Source: Haliotis rufescens (taxonomy: Eukaryota). From it: a DNA stretch of 64,000 nucleotides. Position numbers and translations under genes: made by a program. Numbering within the stretch: the first letter of the stretch is position 1; the number at the start of each line of letters is the position of its first letter. Shown piece by piece: positions 27,654-41,600 of the stretch. The notes under the pieces were generated by a model. The model saw nothing but the letters and a program-made list of their open reading frames with translations, was not told the origin of the DNA and made no database searches. The DNA is taken from assembly GCF_023055435.1 (NCBI RefSeq), contig NW_025964383.1, positions 9,858,001 to 9,922,000 on the forward strand. Reading direction: 5' to 3'.

Positions 27654-27718
27654 ATATTCGCACAATCCTCAAGTCGATTATCTTTACCTTTTCTCCTTAT
27701 ACCGAATGTCGTATCTCT
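27331..27718. repeat. Same hairpin-ended repeat upstream of gene C (truncated copy at 24155-24477; paralog at 43670-44020)
   Basis: TTGTTTATCGTACAATAAAACACTGCAGGG / CCCTGTAGTGTTTTATTGTACGATAAACAA arms. Confidence 0.75.
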
Positions 27719-29056
27719 CCAGCTACATCTATAAGGCAGAATGATTTTGACACTTCCCTCTGATAAATAACGTCGTCCACTAAATGACGTTATCTATAGG
27801 TATAATTACAAAGCTGAACTGGTTTGAGTGTCTGCTGTCTACGTTCAATGACTATTAATGTCTTGTGTTTATCTAAAAACATATTTTTTAAAACACGAGG
27901 TACCAGTCAAAATAGGGAATCGCATCAGATATAATTTTTATACTGATGCGTCAAATTTGGAAATGTCCTCCACATGTCTACCATAAAACCCGAAAGCTTT
28001 ACTGGGACCTTGAAACAAACAAACGTAAACATCATTATCATTAAATGTGACACAAGCGAATTAAGTCGCAACAATTCTTTATCACGAGATTTATTATAAA
28101 ACCCGACACTAGCTGGTATGAATGAATTCCGGGACCTGCTTATTTTCAACATCAGCAAAGGTTTTCGGCGTTTTCGGAAGAAGTTGATACTCTGAAAGTA
28201 AAATTTTATCATTTTATGTTGTAATTGCTTCATTAACTATTTGCGACTCATAAAAACTGTCTGAGTGACCGTTTCAATACACATACATGATTATCTCTGT
28301 CTGTTAAAAGTGCTTAACATTCAACAGTTTGTTATATCGGAGTGTTGGAAGGACATTTTTTTGTTTGAGAATGAGACCATGAGACATTATGAAACGGCAA
28401 GTGACCTTTAATTTATTCGTGGCTCCTTAATAATGTGGGTAGGTGGTCTAGCTATATAAGAAACATTACATGCACATACCTGGCTCCGTACTATAGCCTC
28501 CATTGTATTTTGAGCAAATGCTAAAATCGTTCCGAAATGACATTTCAGCGATTTTTAATTCTGACTGGTCCGTTAAAGCAATATGACTTTACTTTATCCA
28601 ATTTTGTGCACAGTAGTATGACGTCATCCATTATTGATTATAATGTATCACAAACTGATACAAATACGTCACTTAAACAATAGGCTGCCTTAAGTGATGG
28701 TTCATTTTACAGTTGACATTTCATACGTTTTTCTCTTCATTTTCATTCATCAATGAGACAGAATAATGTATAGAATACTCTATTATGGAGTATACTACAC
28801 CATTCATTCTCAAGAGACAGCTAATATATAACACTGAACATATATATGGGTTTCCCGGCGGCATATGAATACATAAATAGTTGTATCATTTGAGTTATAA
28901 TTATTATAACATAAAATGCCAGTTTGACAAATTTAAATATAAACATAACACGCGCACATAACATAAAGATACGAGTTCAATGCACAGACATGTAGCATGT
29001 GTCTTAGTAAAACAGTTTATTCAACGTTTATAGATGCACAAAACGTCCTTGATACA

Positions 29057-32000
29057 TCAGTGGTTTTTCAGTGGTCGGTTTTCTTCAATGTTCTTAGGGG
29101 AGCTCTGTGACTTCATTCTGTTCGCCCGACCTCTGACGAGCGGTACACAAAGTAGAAATATTGCAGCTATGAAGTTACATATTCCAATGTAGGTGAAACA
29201 AAGGTTGTATGAACTGGTCAGGTCACGGATTGTCCCTGTAACAACAATACGCAGAACATTAGTGTCACAACGTTGTCAGATTTGAACAAAGATTTTAAAC
29301 GTTCCATTTAACAATAGTTTATACAGCCTAACATGACAAGTTGTGGTACTAAATAAAATTGAGACGTGGGTCAGTAATTAAACGCCTAACCCAGCAAAAT
29401 AATTTTCACACTTCTGACTAAAAAAATAACTCGGGTAATAATGACAACATCTTCTGAGACAAGGCAGTTAATTGTCTAAAAAGTCCAGTTTCCACCCAAG
29501 CTGACCAGTGGCTATACCGAGTTATGTTTTTTCTATGTCCCTCATATTGACTGATTGGACTTCACCTCTCAAGACGACCCGATCAAGTTAATCGAAGAAA
29601 AGTCTCACATTTCCTGTCTCAGACACCAAGTGCATGTGGAATGTAGCACGTTGAGAGGTGTAGTGCACGTTGATTATAAACATGAACAAATTAGAAAGCA
29701 TCTGCCGACCCCCAGACGGTACACGTGCTTTGCAAATTCTTGAGTGGAGCAAACACGACAGTCGCCATGTTATTTACGAACATGATGTCGATTTTGTAAT
29801 GCGATTTTAATTGCTAATCAAACCTTTAAACGTCCAGCCTACTTCGGCAAGGTTGAAACTGGACTGTTTTAGTCAGTAATGGCCGTTGCTTCGGGAAGAT
29901 GACAAGCAATCAGACACTGTGCCCGACCGTATTTACAACCGAAGTAAGTTGGCCTATGACGAGCACTGGAGATTTGATTTTAGACCCGGATTCCAAACAA
30001 TGTGGTGAAACAACAGAAATCTACACCAATGTCTGACAATGAAAGCAAGTGATATATGTGGCAAAATTATTTCTGAAGAAATCAATCCTAAAACATAGCA
30101 TTGGGAAAGTCTTGAAGCACTTGACCTCGGACAGCACGTTGAGGGGGTGGTATATCAGATTTACTATTGTCACTCAGACTCGGTTGTGAGCAGACGCATA
30201 TTGTTTTCTTGGAACCAAACGCTCAAAGACCCTATATTAAACACATGATTTAATCATTATGATCCAATTCATCCAACTAAAAAAAACATCTATGAAATGC
30301 CATGGCCAGCACCCAGTCCTGACCTTTCCACCATTAAACACGTCTGGACGTCATTGGCAGACGTGTGCGCCAACATCACAATCCACCGACCAGTCTAAAT
30401 GAACTCGGTGCAGCTCTCACTGATGAATGGGACAACACGAGCCAATCTGACATTGGTCGACATCATCAGAAGTTCTGCCTCGAATAATTCGTTCATTTCT
30501 GGCCAACAGAGTTGGTTGTTCCCGACATGAGTGCAAAGCGCAAAATCAAATTTCGAATTTTAACCTCTAACCTCATGAACGACATCGTACGCCACTATCA
30601 AACAAAAACAACTAGAACCCACTAGATGTGATCGCTTACCCCTTAATAGATAATATTATATCAATCCCATTTGCCAATATCATACAGGTGAGAACATATG
30701 TCTTGAAGATTCACACTGTCTCCTCCTATATTTGCATAGTATATAATGAAATTTATTATCGGACATATTTGCAGTTCAAAACAAAATGATTTAACTTGAA
30801 TCACTTGCTAATGGCTGCTTGTTGGAATGGACCAATATTTCTTTAATGACATTCATAATATTTGACCCTTACAGACAATCTTATATTAAGAAACTGACTT
30901 CAATCTGTTTTGTTTTTGGATGTAAAAACCTAAAAACTGATGTGAACATTGTAAATTCGAATAGCTTCAGGAAAACTTCTTAGTATTTTATCAGTATCAC
31001 TAACAGATTGTAGAGATATTCGGTGACATCGTTCAGCGCAAGGATGCATCACAAGCCCCATCCACCTTATTATCAGTCAATATATTTCGGTATTATGCAT
31101 GGTTTGCCAACAAAATTTCATGGAAGCATTTACAAGTTATTATAAGAGGGTATAGACGGTTCGTGCTTGTGTACCAGCTGTATTCCCAAACGTTTAGCAA
31201 TGTTACTACAATGTACGTTTGACAGTGCTGTTACACAAGTAACTCCATGAATGCTGATGGTCTATTTCAGCATAACATTATTTAACATAAAATACAGAAT
31301 GAGGATCTTACCCATAATCGGATGCGTCACAGACAGGGCTAAACCGTGGAACACAGCTATAAATCCAAGAACCTTCGCCATGTATTCAAGTCCCATGAAG
31401 TCGACAATGGCAACAGGAATAAGGCAGTAATAAAAACTGCCAAAGAGTCCGACAATCACGGAGAATACGACAAGAAGAGCATACGTATTGAAAAAATAGA
31501 CAAACTGTGTTGCCATTCCAGATATCAGCATTCCAATAACCATCAGATGATTTACTTTGATGTATTTGAGATCGGCAACGAACCCGACAGCAAGTCTGCT
31601 GAAGAAATCCAGAACACACGACAAAGTCAACAAATATGCTGCATCTGCTTGTGAGATGCCCTTTTCATTTGCCAGGGCAGGAAGGTAGACTCCAAACAAT
31701 CTAAATATTATGCCAAAGTGAACAAATGCAACTATCAACAGAAACATTGGTTGCTTAAACAAGGAAAAGTCAAATGCTGATAATGCTCGTTTCACATACA
31801 TGCCACAACCTCTGGGTTCTTTTGATTCCTGTTCATTGTCAAATGATTCAGCATTAACTTCTGTAATATCCACCACTGACATTGAAGTCAAATCTAGGTT
31901 ACTTGTGTACAATCTAATCTGACTTTCTGAGAGGGAATCTACTTGTGATTCAATGCTGACAACTGATTCTGGTCTTGTACTTTTGCAGATAATCGTACTT

Positions 32001-33963
32001 ATTTGTCCCTTTCCCCTATTTGATTGACTCGCAAATGAGACCACTGCTTTTCCACCATTAATACTAGTTAGTTCCTTGACAGAACGTGCTCCAACCACAT
32101 CATGTTCATTTCCATGTTTTTCATTGCCTTGTCTTTGGTCATGTTTTCGCCCTTCACTCATGACAGATGGGTGTTTTGGTATCCTTTTATGAAAGAAACT
32201 TAATGGTCTAAACAAAGCAGCCCCGACCCACATGTTCATTGTCAGCCCTGTTAGGATCAACATACTTCCTCTGACACCATATTCATCTAATAAGAAACGA
32301 ACGAGGGGTGGGAAAACGCTGCCCCCAATACTAATTCCAGACATGGCAACTGCTGTGGCAATGCCTCTTCTCTTTTTGAAGTACTTTCCGATCAATACCA
32401 ATGCTGGAGCATGAATCATGGAATGCCCTATACCTGAAAGTAAATTATTCATTATCATATATCATTAATGTTTTGTTCAAGATACTTACAGATTTACATG
32501 ATTACAATATCCTTCAATACAGCTTACACAGTTATATTATATATGCCACATCATGCTTTAATCTGATCATGTCTATGAAGCTTTATGTCTCTTTCTCATG
32601 CCAGAATTCTATACTCGATTTTCCAGTATATTTCTAAATGTTCAAGACTTGCATCACTTTGTTACGCCATTGTATGACTGAACTATTGTTATAGAGTGTG
32701 TTCAACTCATTCAAACCTCCAATAAAATCTTACATTTAGGAATAAGCTGCAGGAGTAAACTGTTTATAAACATATATGTAAAGATAATGATCATATAAAG
32801 TGACCTAATGTTACAAAATCCCATATGGATGCATTTACTTGAGCCATCAATTATTTTCTGTGCTATTATGGATTCGTGAACACGTATAGATTACGCACCA
32901 GTGAGAATGCTGTGAGTGCAGATGAGGTATGTAATACTGGTGGCGAAAACCCCTGTCAGCATTCCTACAACTGATATAGTCCCACCAAGAAGTACAGTCT
33001 TTCTCTCCCCAAGCAGTTGCAGAATTATGTTCATCGATAGGAGAGCTGTTGACATACAGAACATGGTTGTGTCAAAATAGGGAAAATTAGTACACTGTAC
33101 ATATATATGTAATTTGTACGACCACAAGGGTCAGAATATGTTATCAGTAGAGATGATATACGAGAGGGATTATTTTTGTCCATGATATGAAAGTATCATT
33201 GTAACAATATATTTATGGCCATTTTGTATCAGTATTCTTCAGTATTCAAGAACACAAGGATGTCTTTCTTTACCACAATAGTTTACATTTGCACGTACTG
33301 TTTAATACTCACAACTTATACTGTACGTCCCTGCCATCACACCCATGAACAAGGTTGTTTTTGTGGCAGATGCCTCGAATTCTTCCAAGTATGCCACAAA
33401 GAATATGGCAACGGACCGTCCATATCCAGCCAGTAACATAACATTCAGGAAACTCCCTGGAGAAGGTCAAAATACAAAATGTGGTATCAGTGATTACCAA
33501 GGCGTGTTTTTTCATAATTTAATTGCTTTCAAAATGCAAGAAGCAGAAACACATTTAATCCAGAATTCTTAATCTTAAGATTCCATACCCTATAGAATGA
33601 CAGAGTACTATATCTTATACTCTGTTATCTGGATGGATGTAGAAATATGCACAATCGATCACCTGCTAACACAAACCAAGCCCATCCACGATCTATAGGT
33701 ACACCATCATCCTCTTGCTCTGGTTGACTGTCATCTGGTAGCTCGCCATTACTACCATCATGCAACATGTTCTGCTTCTCGGCATCTCCCACAGCTACAG
33801 TCCCACCTTCTTCTGTCACCGTTCCCAACAAACTGTCTTCCCCATCAACGGCCTCTCCCGTCTTCGGTATGAACAGTTTTCCGTTGTTTGTACTTGGTGT
33901 CATAGCTTGATGTTCGCTTCTGCTAGCTTCGTCCTCCCGACACGTTTTTGAATCTTGTGTCAT
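29057..33963 (-). CDS. Gene D, SLC16/MCT family transporter, 630 aa; exons 33963-33663, 33456-33313, 33045-32899, 32433-31312, 29235-29057
   Basis: GT-AG phase-1 junctions, 1893 nt open frame; motifs PIDRGWAW, YFKKRRGIA, LDFFSR, GTIRDLTSSY. Confidence 0.92.
29448..29901. mobile_element. Older copy of the same MITE family, intron 4 of gene D
   Basis: Ends CATCTTCTGAGACAAGG...AAAGTCCAGTTTCCACCC and GAAACTGGACT...TCGGGAAGATG. Confidence 0.75.
30220..30745 (+). mobile_element. Old Tc1 transposase 3' remnant in intron 4 of gene D
   Basis: Around 30296-30348 the sequence reads MPWPAPSPDLSTIKHVW; boundaries approximate. Confidence 0.65.
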
Positions 33964-34444
33964 TTTTACTCTGTCGATAGTATATCGGACCTATATAATT
34001 TATGAAACTGCATTTACACAATACCAATGTGACATTTTCCTAGAAAGTGAATGTGGCTGCTTGTAACTATCAGTGATTGTGTGAATGTAGTTTAAGGCTG
34101 CAAAAAACGAACAAACATTCCATATAAATAACTGTGAACAGTCAGTATGGACGGTATGGTGATTGAAAACACGAAGAACGATCCACGTCATCAAGTCTCG
34201 ATGGTAAACAATCAACCAAGTAACAGAGCCTTTCCACCTGATCCCCATGTCAGTTTCTACCACAACACATAAGGTACTTTCACCTATTATGATCCGAAAT
34301 CCGTACAAGCCTGTATGTTACACGAATATATAGCAACGCAAGTGTCCGAGACAATGCATACCTGTCATCTTCACCACGATGATATTGTGTAAACATTTAC
34401 ATACGTATCTATGCTTGTGTTTGGTCACAAATTATCTTCACAGA

Positions 34445-34609
34445 GTGGGTGAGTGAGTGAGTATGGCTTTACACCGCTTTTAGCCATATTCCAGCAATAT
34501 CACGACGGGGGACAGCAGAAATTGGCTTCACGCATTGTACCCATGTCGGGAATCGAACCCGGGTCTTCGGATTGACGAGGAAACGCTTTAACCACTAGGC
34601 GACCCGACC
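34445..34609 (-). mobile_element. Family-1 SINE upstream of the gene D CDS
   Basis: Homologous to 14274-14446; same position in genes F and G. Confidence 0.85.
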
Positions 34610-36338
34610 AGACTGGAAATGTTGAAAACGCACGCACTTGAACTCTTTTGAGAGTGTCTTCCAAAACTGGATATCTGCTCACATGATTTGTTCACTTTAT
34701 ATATTGTGAGCATCGTTTATATAATTTACGTCGACTCCGTGCGTAGAGTAAAACGTTTCGTATTCATATTATTATTATTAACAAAGTAAATCATATTTAG
34801 TACTTAATTAACTCTTACATGCGCATTGTTTTATAGCATAGTAATATACGAGAGGATATTTTCTTTTCTACCAAACTCATGAAAACGACAAAATGTCACT
34901 GGTATAATCACAAACGGGTAAATTCCTGAGAAAGAACAAATTGCACGTCACAAGACGCCACGAATCTTTGTCTAGTATAACGGTACTTGATACAAATTTA
35001 CCTTATATAACACGAAGCTCACCTGTATGTGTCGTCAAAAAGTCCTTTTTGTTCCGCCACGCCTCCACTGATGAAAGAGCTCTGACAACGCTGAGCAAGA
35101 TGTCCAACGTGCTTTTTATAGGCAAACTGTTTGCCCTAGTGTCCGATAAGCCTTAGTGGAAATATTTGTGTGATGGAGATTAAGGTCGCGTTAAAGACTA
35201 TTCACTCACATAGACTCCGATACAGTCCTTGTCCATAGGCATTGTAATACCGAGCGCCAGGCGAATGACGAAAATATATAGCCATTATTTTTTTCACGAA
35301 CTGTAATTGAAATCAAATTCTGTCTATAATATCATAAGAAGAGCATCCAACTAAATACACATGCCTTACAATCTAACCATCATTCGCATTTGAAAGGCCA
35401 TTTTTTAAAAAGGGTGCGTTCCCCATATAAGTTACCCTCCTTCCCGAAATTCGACGCCAATCCATACGTTGCCTTTGCAAATATTTAGTATACGGTTATA
35501 TGACATTTTGGTCGGGCTTGCAATCATGATGAGTAGTTACTTCGGCCAATATTGATCCTATTGCAGTGAGTCAGTGAGTAAGTATGGTTAGCACGGGGAG
35601 TTTCGTGAATTTTGTCTGTAGGATACTTACATGCAGTCTAGCCACGTTGTCTCGAATACCAGTTGTGTGTATCTCACAGTATGGTACCTGCAAATTATAT
35701 TTAATTACTATTTTAACCTGGATGTGTCGAATCCTGGTTAACATAATTCAAAGTCAAAAGAATTCAAAAGACATAAGTAATTACCACGATAAGATGTTTC
35801 ATTACATCATACGTCATACGATTATATTGAAGGAACGAGGAGGCGGCAACTTCGTCACGGTAGCGTATACATGTCAAACAGCCATCGGTGACCAAGGGAG
35901 GGGTCGTGTGATGTCCGCGATGACTCTCACAATTATTTCTCTCACACAATCGACTGCAGGACGTCGACAAACACTCTCGTCAGGTTATATGACGTCGATA
36001 AACGAGCGTTTTAGATGTAAATATTAACTCATTTCTTGCAGCCTTAAGACTGTTTCAGAGTTGTTCACACACATTTGTAATATTGAATGTGATCTATAGA
36101 TAAAGGTAAGAGAGAAAACAGTTTCAGTGCCATTCATAGTCAAGTAATATTGTTAAAATTTATCGCCGTTACTATTCTGTTGTAATTGTTTCAGGGCCAT
36201 TCATTTCTATATTATAACATTTCATCTGCATCTCTGAATTTCTGAATAAAACGATCACAACCCCACAGCGAGTCATGTTTCACCCTTGGCGCTGAACCAG
36301 CTGTAACACATGCATACTGATAAATCAAATAAATTTGA

Positions 36339-36622
36339 GTGAGTGAGTGAGTGAGTTGGGTTTTTACGCCCTTTTAACAGTATTCCAGTTGTATCGCGGC
36401 GTGTCAGCTTAATGTGGGAGGAAAGCCCGAAGTGATGCAGGTCTCAGACCTTTACCACTTCGGTGAAACCCACGAGCACGGGTATGGTGTTGACAAACCT
36501 AGAAACAAAATTGGGGCAAACCGGGATTCGAACCCACAATCATAGGTTTCTGGCGTGCCCAAGGGACGAAACTCTGCACAGCGAATCGCTGCGCCTTAGA
36601 CGACTGGGCCACCCGTGCCCCC
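36339..36622 (-). mobile_element. tRNA-derived SINE (family 3) with widely spaced A/B boxes
   Basis: 13-bp TSD CAAATAAATTTGA (36326-36338 / 36623-36635); A box TGGCCCAGTCG, B box GGTTCGAATCC, (TCAC)n tail; degenerate relative at about 3575-3770 (+). Confidence 0.85.
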
Positions 36623-36654
36623 CAAATAAATTTGAAAGGTTGTTTGGCCCTCTA

Positions 36655-37880
36655 GAATACACACATGTGTCCTGTATGCGCACTGTCTAGAACTCTTCGA
36701 TTTGGCCTTGAAACACATTAGGTAGATACTTTACTTCAAAATCAATAATGTGTGTCTGTCAAACAAACTTTGACGGCAACATAAACAAAATAGATCTTGA
36801 TAAATAAACTTAAAGTATTAACCTCATTGCGATGATCAGACTTTATTTGTGTTGCGTGTCCCTGCATACTGATTAATAGAGTTTCTTTGTTTACACCCAC
36901 ACTGTACGTCTGTACTAGGAACAGTAAAACATCCCTTTAGAGAAAGGTTTCAATCCACGTATATTGTTGTGTCTGTTTAGTCACTATACCGATAATCAGT
37001 ACAAGTATCAAATTAAATATGCGTTTGTTTTTTCCCCATAAATATAACGAACTTCGTATATGTTATAGTTCATGAACGTGAATATAGAAACAGACTGTTG
37101 TATCTACCCATTTACGAATTCGAATATCAATCGAATAAAAACAGTTGTAAAAGCTTTAAACGAAATCGATATCAAATCTTAGAAGCCAACATTGAATGCC
37201 AAAATTCCAACCAGAGCTATATACTTCCAGCTGTCAAAACAAATAAGCAACTACCATTGCAACCGATGATAGTCGAGTACCTACACATCAAACTGCCATT
37301 TACTACAGTTCTTTATTCTTTTCATAACCAACTTGTCCCGTCTTCAAATCTAAACTTGCAAAAGAATGATCAAAGTTCCATGACAAAACACAACAAAATA
37401 TACACATTCGTTTCTACCAAAACATGTTTGATATATGAATTATATGTTTTGGTTGAAATGATAGTGGCAAAAATGCTATATATTTCCTGTTATGTTACAG
37501 AAAAGACAAAAAAAGGTAACGTCGTTTGTTCTTATCTCTGTATTTTGTGTAAATCGATAACTTTATGAATATCCTAAGCCGAGCTATGATGTTATTGCTA
37601 TCTTTGAATAACATACTTTCCAGCGTTTGGACATATTATTGGGTAATGTTGGCTTCAAGAATGTTGGCTTCGAATGTGATAATGTAGTTGCCACGACGAA
37701 TTTTGTACTCAAAGCAGTGTGCGGCTCTATGGAAACACTATACTTCCCTGACCATTTTGTATTATTTCACAAAACAAACAATGTGACAGACAAATGTGAA
37801 ACTACATTTTATTGTCGCATCACACCGATTCTATTTCTAAAGGTCTTACTTTTCGACCTCCGATAAGAAGGATCATGTGA
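36655..37880. repeat. Start of the second block of the segmental duplication (homologous to about 15165-17090)
   Basis: Colinear non-coding match beginning GAATACACA..CGCACTGTCTAGAACTCTTCG. Confidence 0.8.
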
Positions 37881-37892
37881 AGAAAAAACATT

Positions 37893-38621
37893 TTATTACT
37901 TGCCCGTGAAGAGATCACCCGTTTTAATACATATACATCTGTATTACACATTTTGTAATACCAAAAAGCGTCCTTATGTACTCTCGGAACACGTTCACGA
38001 ACAAATATTGAAAGCTCTCAACATACATTGGCTTATTCAACGACATTGCGTGTGGAGTTGATAGACCACTGAGGGAAGCTTATGCACAATCGATGCATGG
38101 GCAACCTTGTTGCTAGGCTGACGTCACGTGGCATTGTTTCGCCGATGGATCTTGCAACAAAATTCCACAAATTATGTCGGGTATTTTGACGTTATTATAA
38201 ACTTTGAAGTGCAAGGCCCGTTCCACAAGGCGATCGTTTTGTAGCGCTACGACAGTCGTTAGTCTGTTAAAGTATGTGAGTTGCTATAGTCTTAGCCCTA
38301 CGATAATTTTGTGAAATCTAAAGGTAAGGTAATAAATTCGTGCGTTTAAATTTTTGACGTGTTCGAATAATTATTCTGTTAAACTCAATTGGACTATGCC
38401 GTGGATCGTGTAGGTGTCAGCCTATTCATACTCAACAGTATAATTCTAAAAACGTTATAAATGGCAAGCAATAAATAAAATACTAAATTCGCCCCCGTTT
38501 AAAATCAATTTTATGAAACTCGTGAATTTTATGTAACTCGCTTTCGCTCGTCAGATACCACAACTATTCACTCCGTTTCATAAAATTGGTATTACACAGG
38601 AGCTCGTTTAGTAATCTGTAT
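37893..38621. mobile_element. Non-autonomous hairpin-ended element
   Basis: Absent from the paralogous site near 17100; terminal hairpin 38475-38621 with a perfect CAATTTTATGAAAC core. Confidence 0.7.
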
Positions 38622-38694
38622 GTTGTTACAGTAGATGCAACGAGTGTTCATGAATCCTCTCAGTTCCACCGATTCTCTATGAGATAACTCAACA

Positions 38695-41600
38695 TGGGGT
38701 GTGTTAGGCTTGATGAAAGGAGGTGCCATGAAAGCCAAGTGTCTTCGCCATGTACTGCAATCCGAGGAGGTCTACAATTGCGACAGGAATCAGGTAGAAG
38801 TAGGATCTCGCAAACATACCGCACACTACAGAATATATCAGCAATGTGACATAAGAAACGAGAAAAAATGAGAGATGAGTTATAGTTCCAGTAGTTATAA
38901 GACCAATCACCATAATCCTTGTAACTCGCTTGATTTTCGTGTCTACCAAGTAACAATAGAAAAATCTACTGAGGAAATCTATTGCTCCAGATATAAGCAG
39001 AAATATTGCAGCGTCACTCTGACTTATGTCTTTTTCTTTAGCCAACGCGGACAAATATACCGGCACAAGGCCTATGGTTATTCCAAAGAAAAAATACAAA
39101 ATAACTATTAAAAGCACTGGCTCCTTGAACAATGAAAACTCCAATCTTGAAAGCACTTTCGTCATGTACAATATCGCATTCTTCGAAGTGACAGTATCCT
39201 TCTCACTATTTTTATCAACTTTTGGAAAAGCTGCATCTTCATTTTCTACACTTAACACCAACACTGAACCCAGCTCGGCATCACTGGCATACACATTGAA
39301 GCTTGTTTGACTGTCTGTGGTCTGCTGATTCTTCTTACCCGTGTAGGCATATCTGGTAAATCTGTATTGGGGAGCGAATACCCTGGAAGGGGAGACCTTC
39401 CCGGCTTTTCCGATGTAAAGGAACTTAGACTTTGAAACTTTTCAGGCTCTAAATGAACGCCGATTTACGTTTGTCATTTGGTGCATGTCCGTTTTGTTTT
39501 GTGTTTGCTGTTGTCTTCATTTTTTTGTACGACTCTAGTGGTCGGTTCACCAGTCCACCCAACCACATTTTCATCGTCATTGCTGTTAGTATTATCATAC
39601 TGCCCTGTACTGCCCTGGTGGAACACGCTACTGCCTGTCCTCGTCGTTCGTTGAAGTCGTGCCCAATCAGAACAATAGCTAGGTCATAGATCATCGAGTA
39701 TTCCACACCTGTGTATATAAACATGCATCATTAGAACAAATGAAGTGGAAAAAAGTACGATCAAATAGAAGCACAGGGAATGTTATCAATTTTCCACCTA
39801 CATCGGCGGAGACGCGAAAAGTCACATTTTACAAATGTGGGCATTCCTTCTGAAATCGTCCACATTAATACATTTAAGGACAAAAGAAAAATTATAACTG
39901 ACCAATGTCATTTTAGAAATTACAGAATATATAGGGTAGGTGGAAGATTAGTGATTGTGTGTTATTGTTGTCACTTTAACTATTAATCCTCAACCTACTA
40001 TAAAGAAACTGTGCACGGAGAAAATATATTCTGGATTGAAATACAACACAGCAAGAACAAAATGATGCAGACGCTGTAGCAGCTGAATGATCGGACCACA
40101 AGAAAATGGCAACGGGACCTGAACAACATCTGTTACGATGACGTCAGAAGATCAATATGGAGTAGGGGGTCATGACCACCCTGTGCGTGAGTCACAGCAG
40201 TGCATCGGCGACGCATGGAGTCCACCAAATGGGCATGGAAGGCCTGGGGAATGGCCTGCCATATCCTCCTCAAATCCTGTGCCAAGTCACGGACGTTATC
40301 TGGAGGATGTGGAAGACGACGCAGACGGCGCTCCATTTCATCCCACACATGCTCTATTGGGGAGAGATATGGAGAATTTGCAGGCCATGGCAGTAACATG
40401 ACATTGTTATGGTGAAGGAAATCCATTGCGACCCTAGCCGTGTGAGGACGAGCGTTGTCCTGATGAAATGTCAATCCCGGGCCATGACGTTGCAGGAAAG
40501 GAATGACCACAGGCCTCAGAATCTGATCTCTGTAGCCAACACCGGTGAGATTGCCCTGAACAACCACCAATGGGGTTCGGTGCCGTGCTGTTATCCCACC
40601 CCAAATCATCACAGAGCCACCTCCAAAACGATGCCTCTCCACAATACAGTTGCGTGCATAACGTTCTCCCAAACGCCGGTAGACACGTTGGCGCCCGTCA
40701 CTGTTGGAAAATGTTGAACCTCGATTCATCTGTAAAGACAACATTTCAACACCATATTCGAGGTTGGCGAACATGATTTCGACACCATCTTAGACGGTTG
40801 ACTCGATGACGGTGTGTCAGGATGGGACGTATGGCAGGGCGTCGTGGTCGAATCCCGTACTGACGTAAACGATTCCTGACAGTGTTGGGATGGATACGGC
40901 GCAGTCCAGGAATTGTCTGGGACGTCGTTACTGACGTTTGGAACATGTGTCGGAGATGTTTAACTCGAATCCATCTGTCCTGTCTAGGCGTTGTTACTCG
41001 GGGACGTCCTGAACGTGGGTGGTCGGCAACGTTATTTGCGTTCTGATAACGCCTCACCAATGCCGATATCGTGTTACGATGGCATTGGAAATGTGTTGCC
41101 ACCTGTTGTTGCCTCATTCCCGCTCGGATCATTCCAATGCCTTCATGACGCTGTGCAGCTGTCAATCTTAGCATGATTTGCTCGTGATATGCTTGTGTCT
41201 GCGCCAGAGAAGTTTTGAATTTTTGAATGGCCACAGATCATGCTTTCCAAAGTGCTAGCGAATTTTGAGTTGCACATGCTGTGTACAGCTGCACAGGATG
41301 CACGTGCAGTAACACATTGCACGTCCATAGGCCCCCATCAATGACGTTATATCGCATGGCACGTGCATGAGCGTTTGAATGTCTCCAATAATTGCTGTGT
41401 TCAAACCTATATTTCATATGTGGACGGTGTGCCCTTACATCTATATTTTCTCCGTGCACAGTTTCTTGATGTGGCTAGTATATATTCTGTACCATATTCA
41501 TTACAATAAAACAAAGAAGTCGTTATCCATAAATTGTGTCCACTTTGTCATCCGCCAACTTCTAAGAAATGCCTTTCAAACAAATAGTATCCGTTTACAT

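Noticed and set aside
35062-35095. CTGATGA-AAGAGCTCT-GACA, conserved upstream of D, F and G, as a hammerhead ribozyme
   Set aside because: The second core box is GACA rather than GAAA, no helix I or III pairing was found, and paralogy explains the conservation.
37098-37568. 156-aa ORF
   Set aside because: The paralogous segment (about 15620-16090) is interrupted by stops, and there is no recognisable motif.
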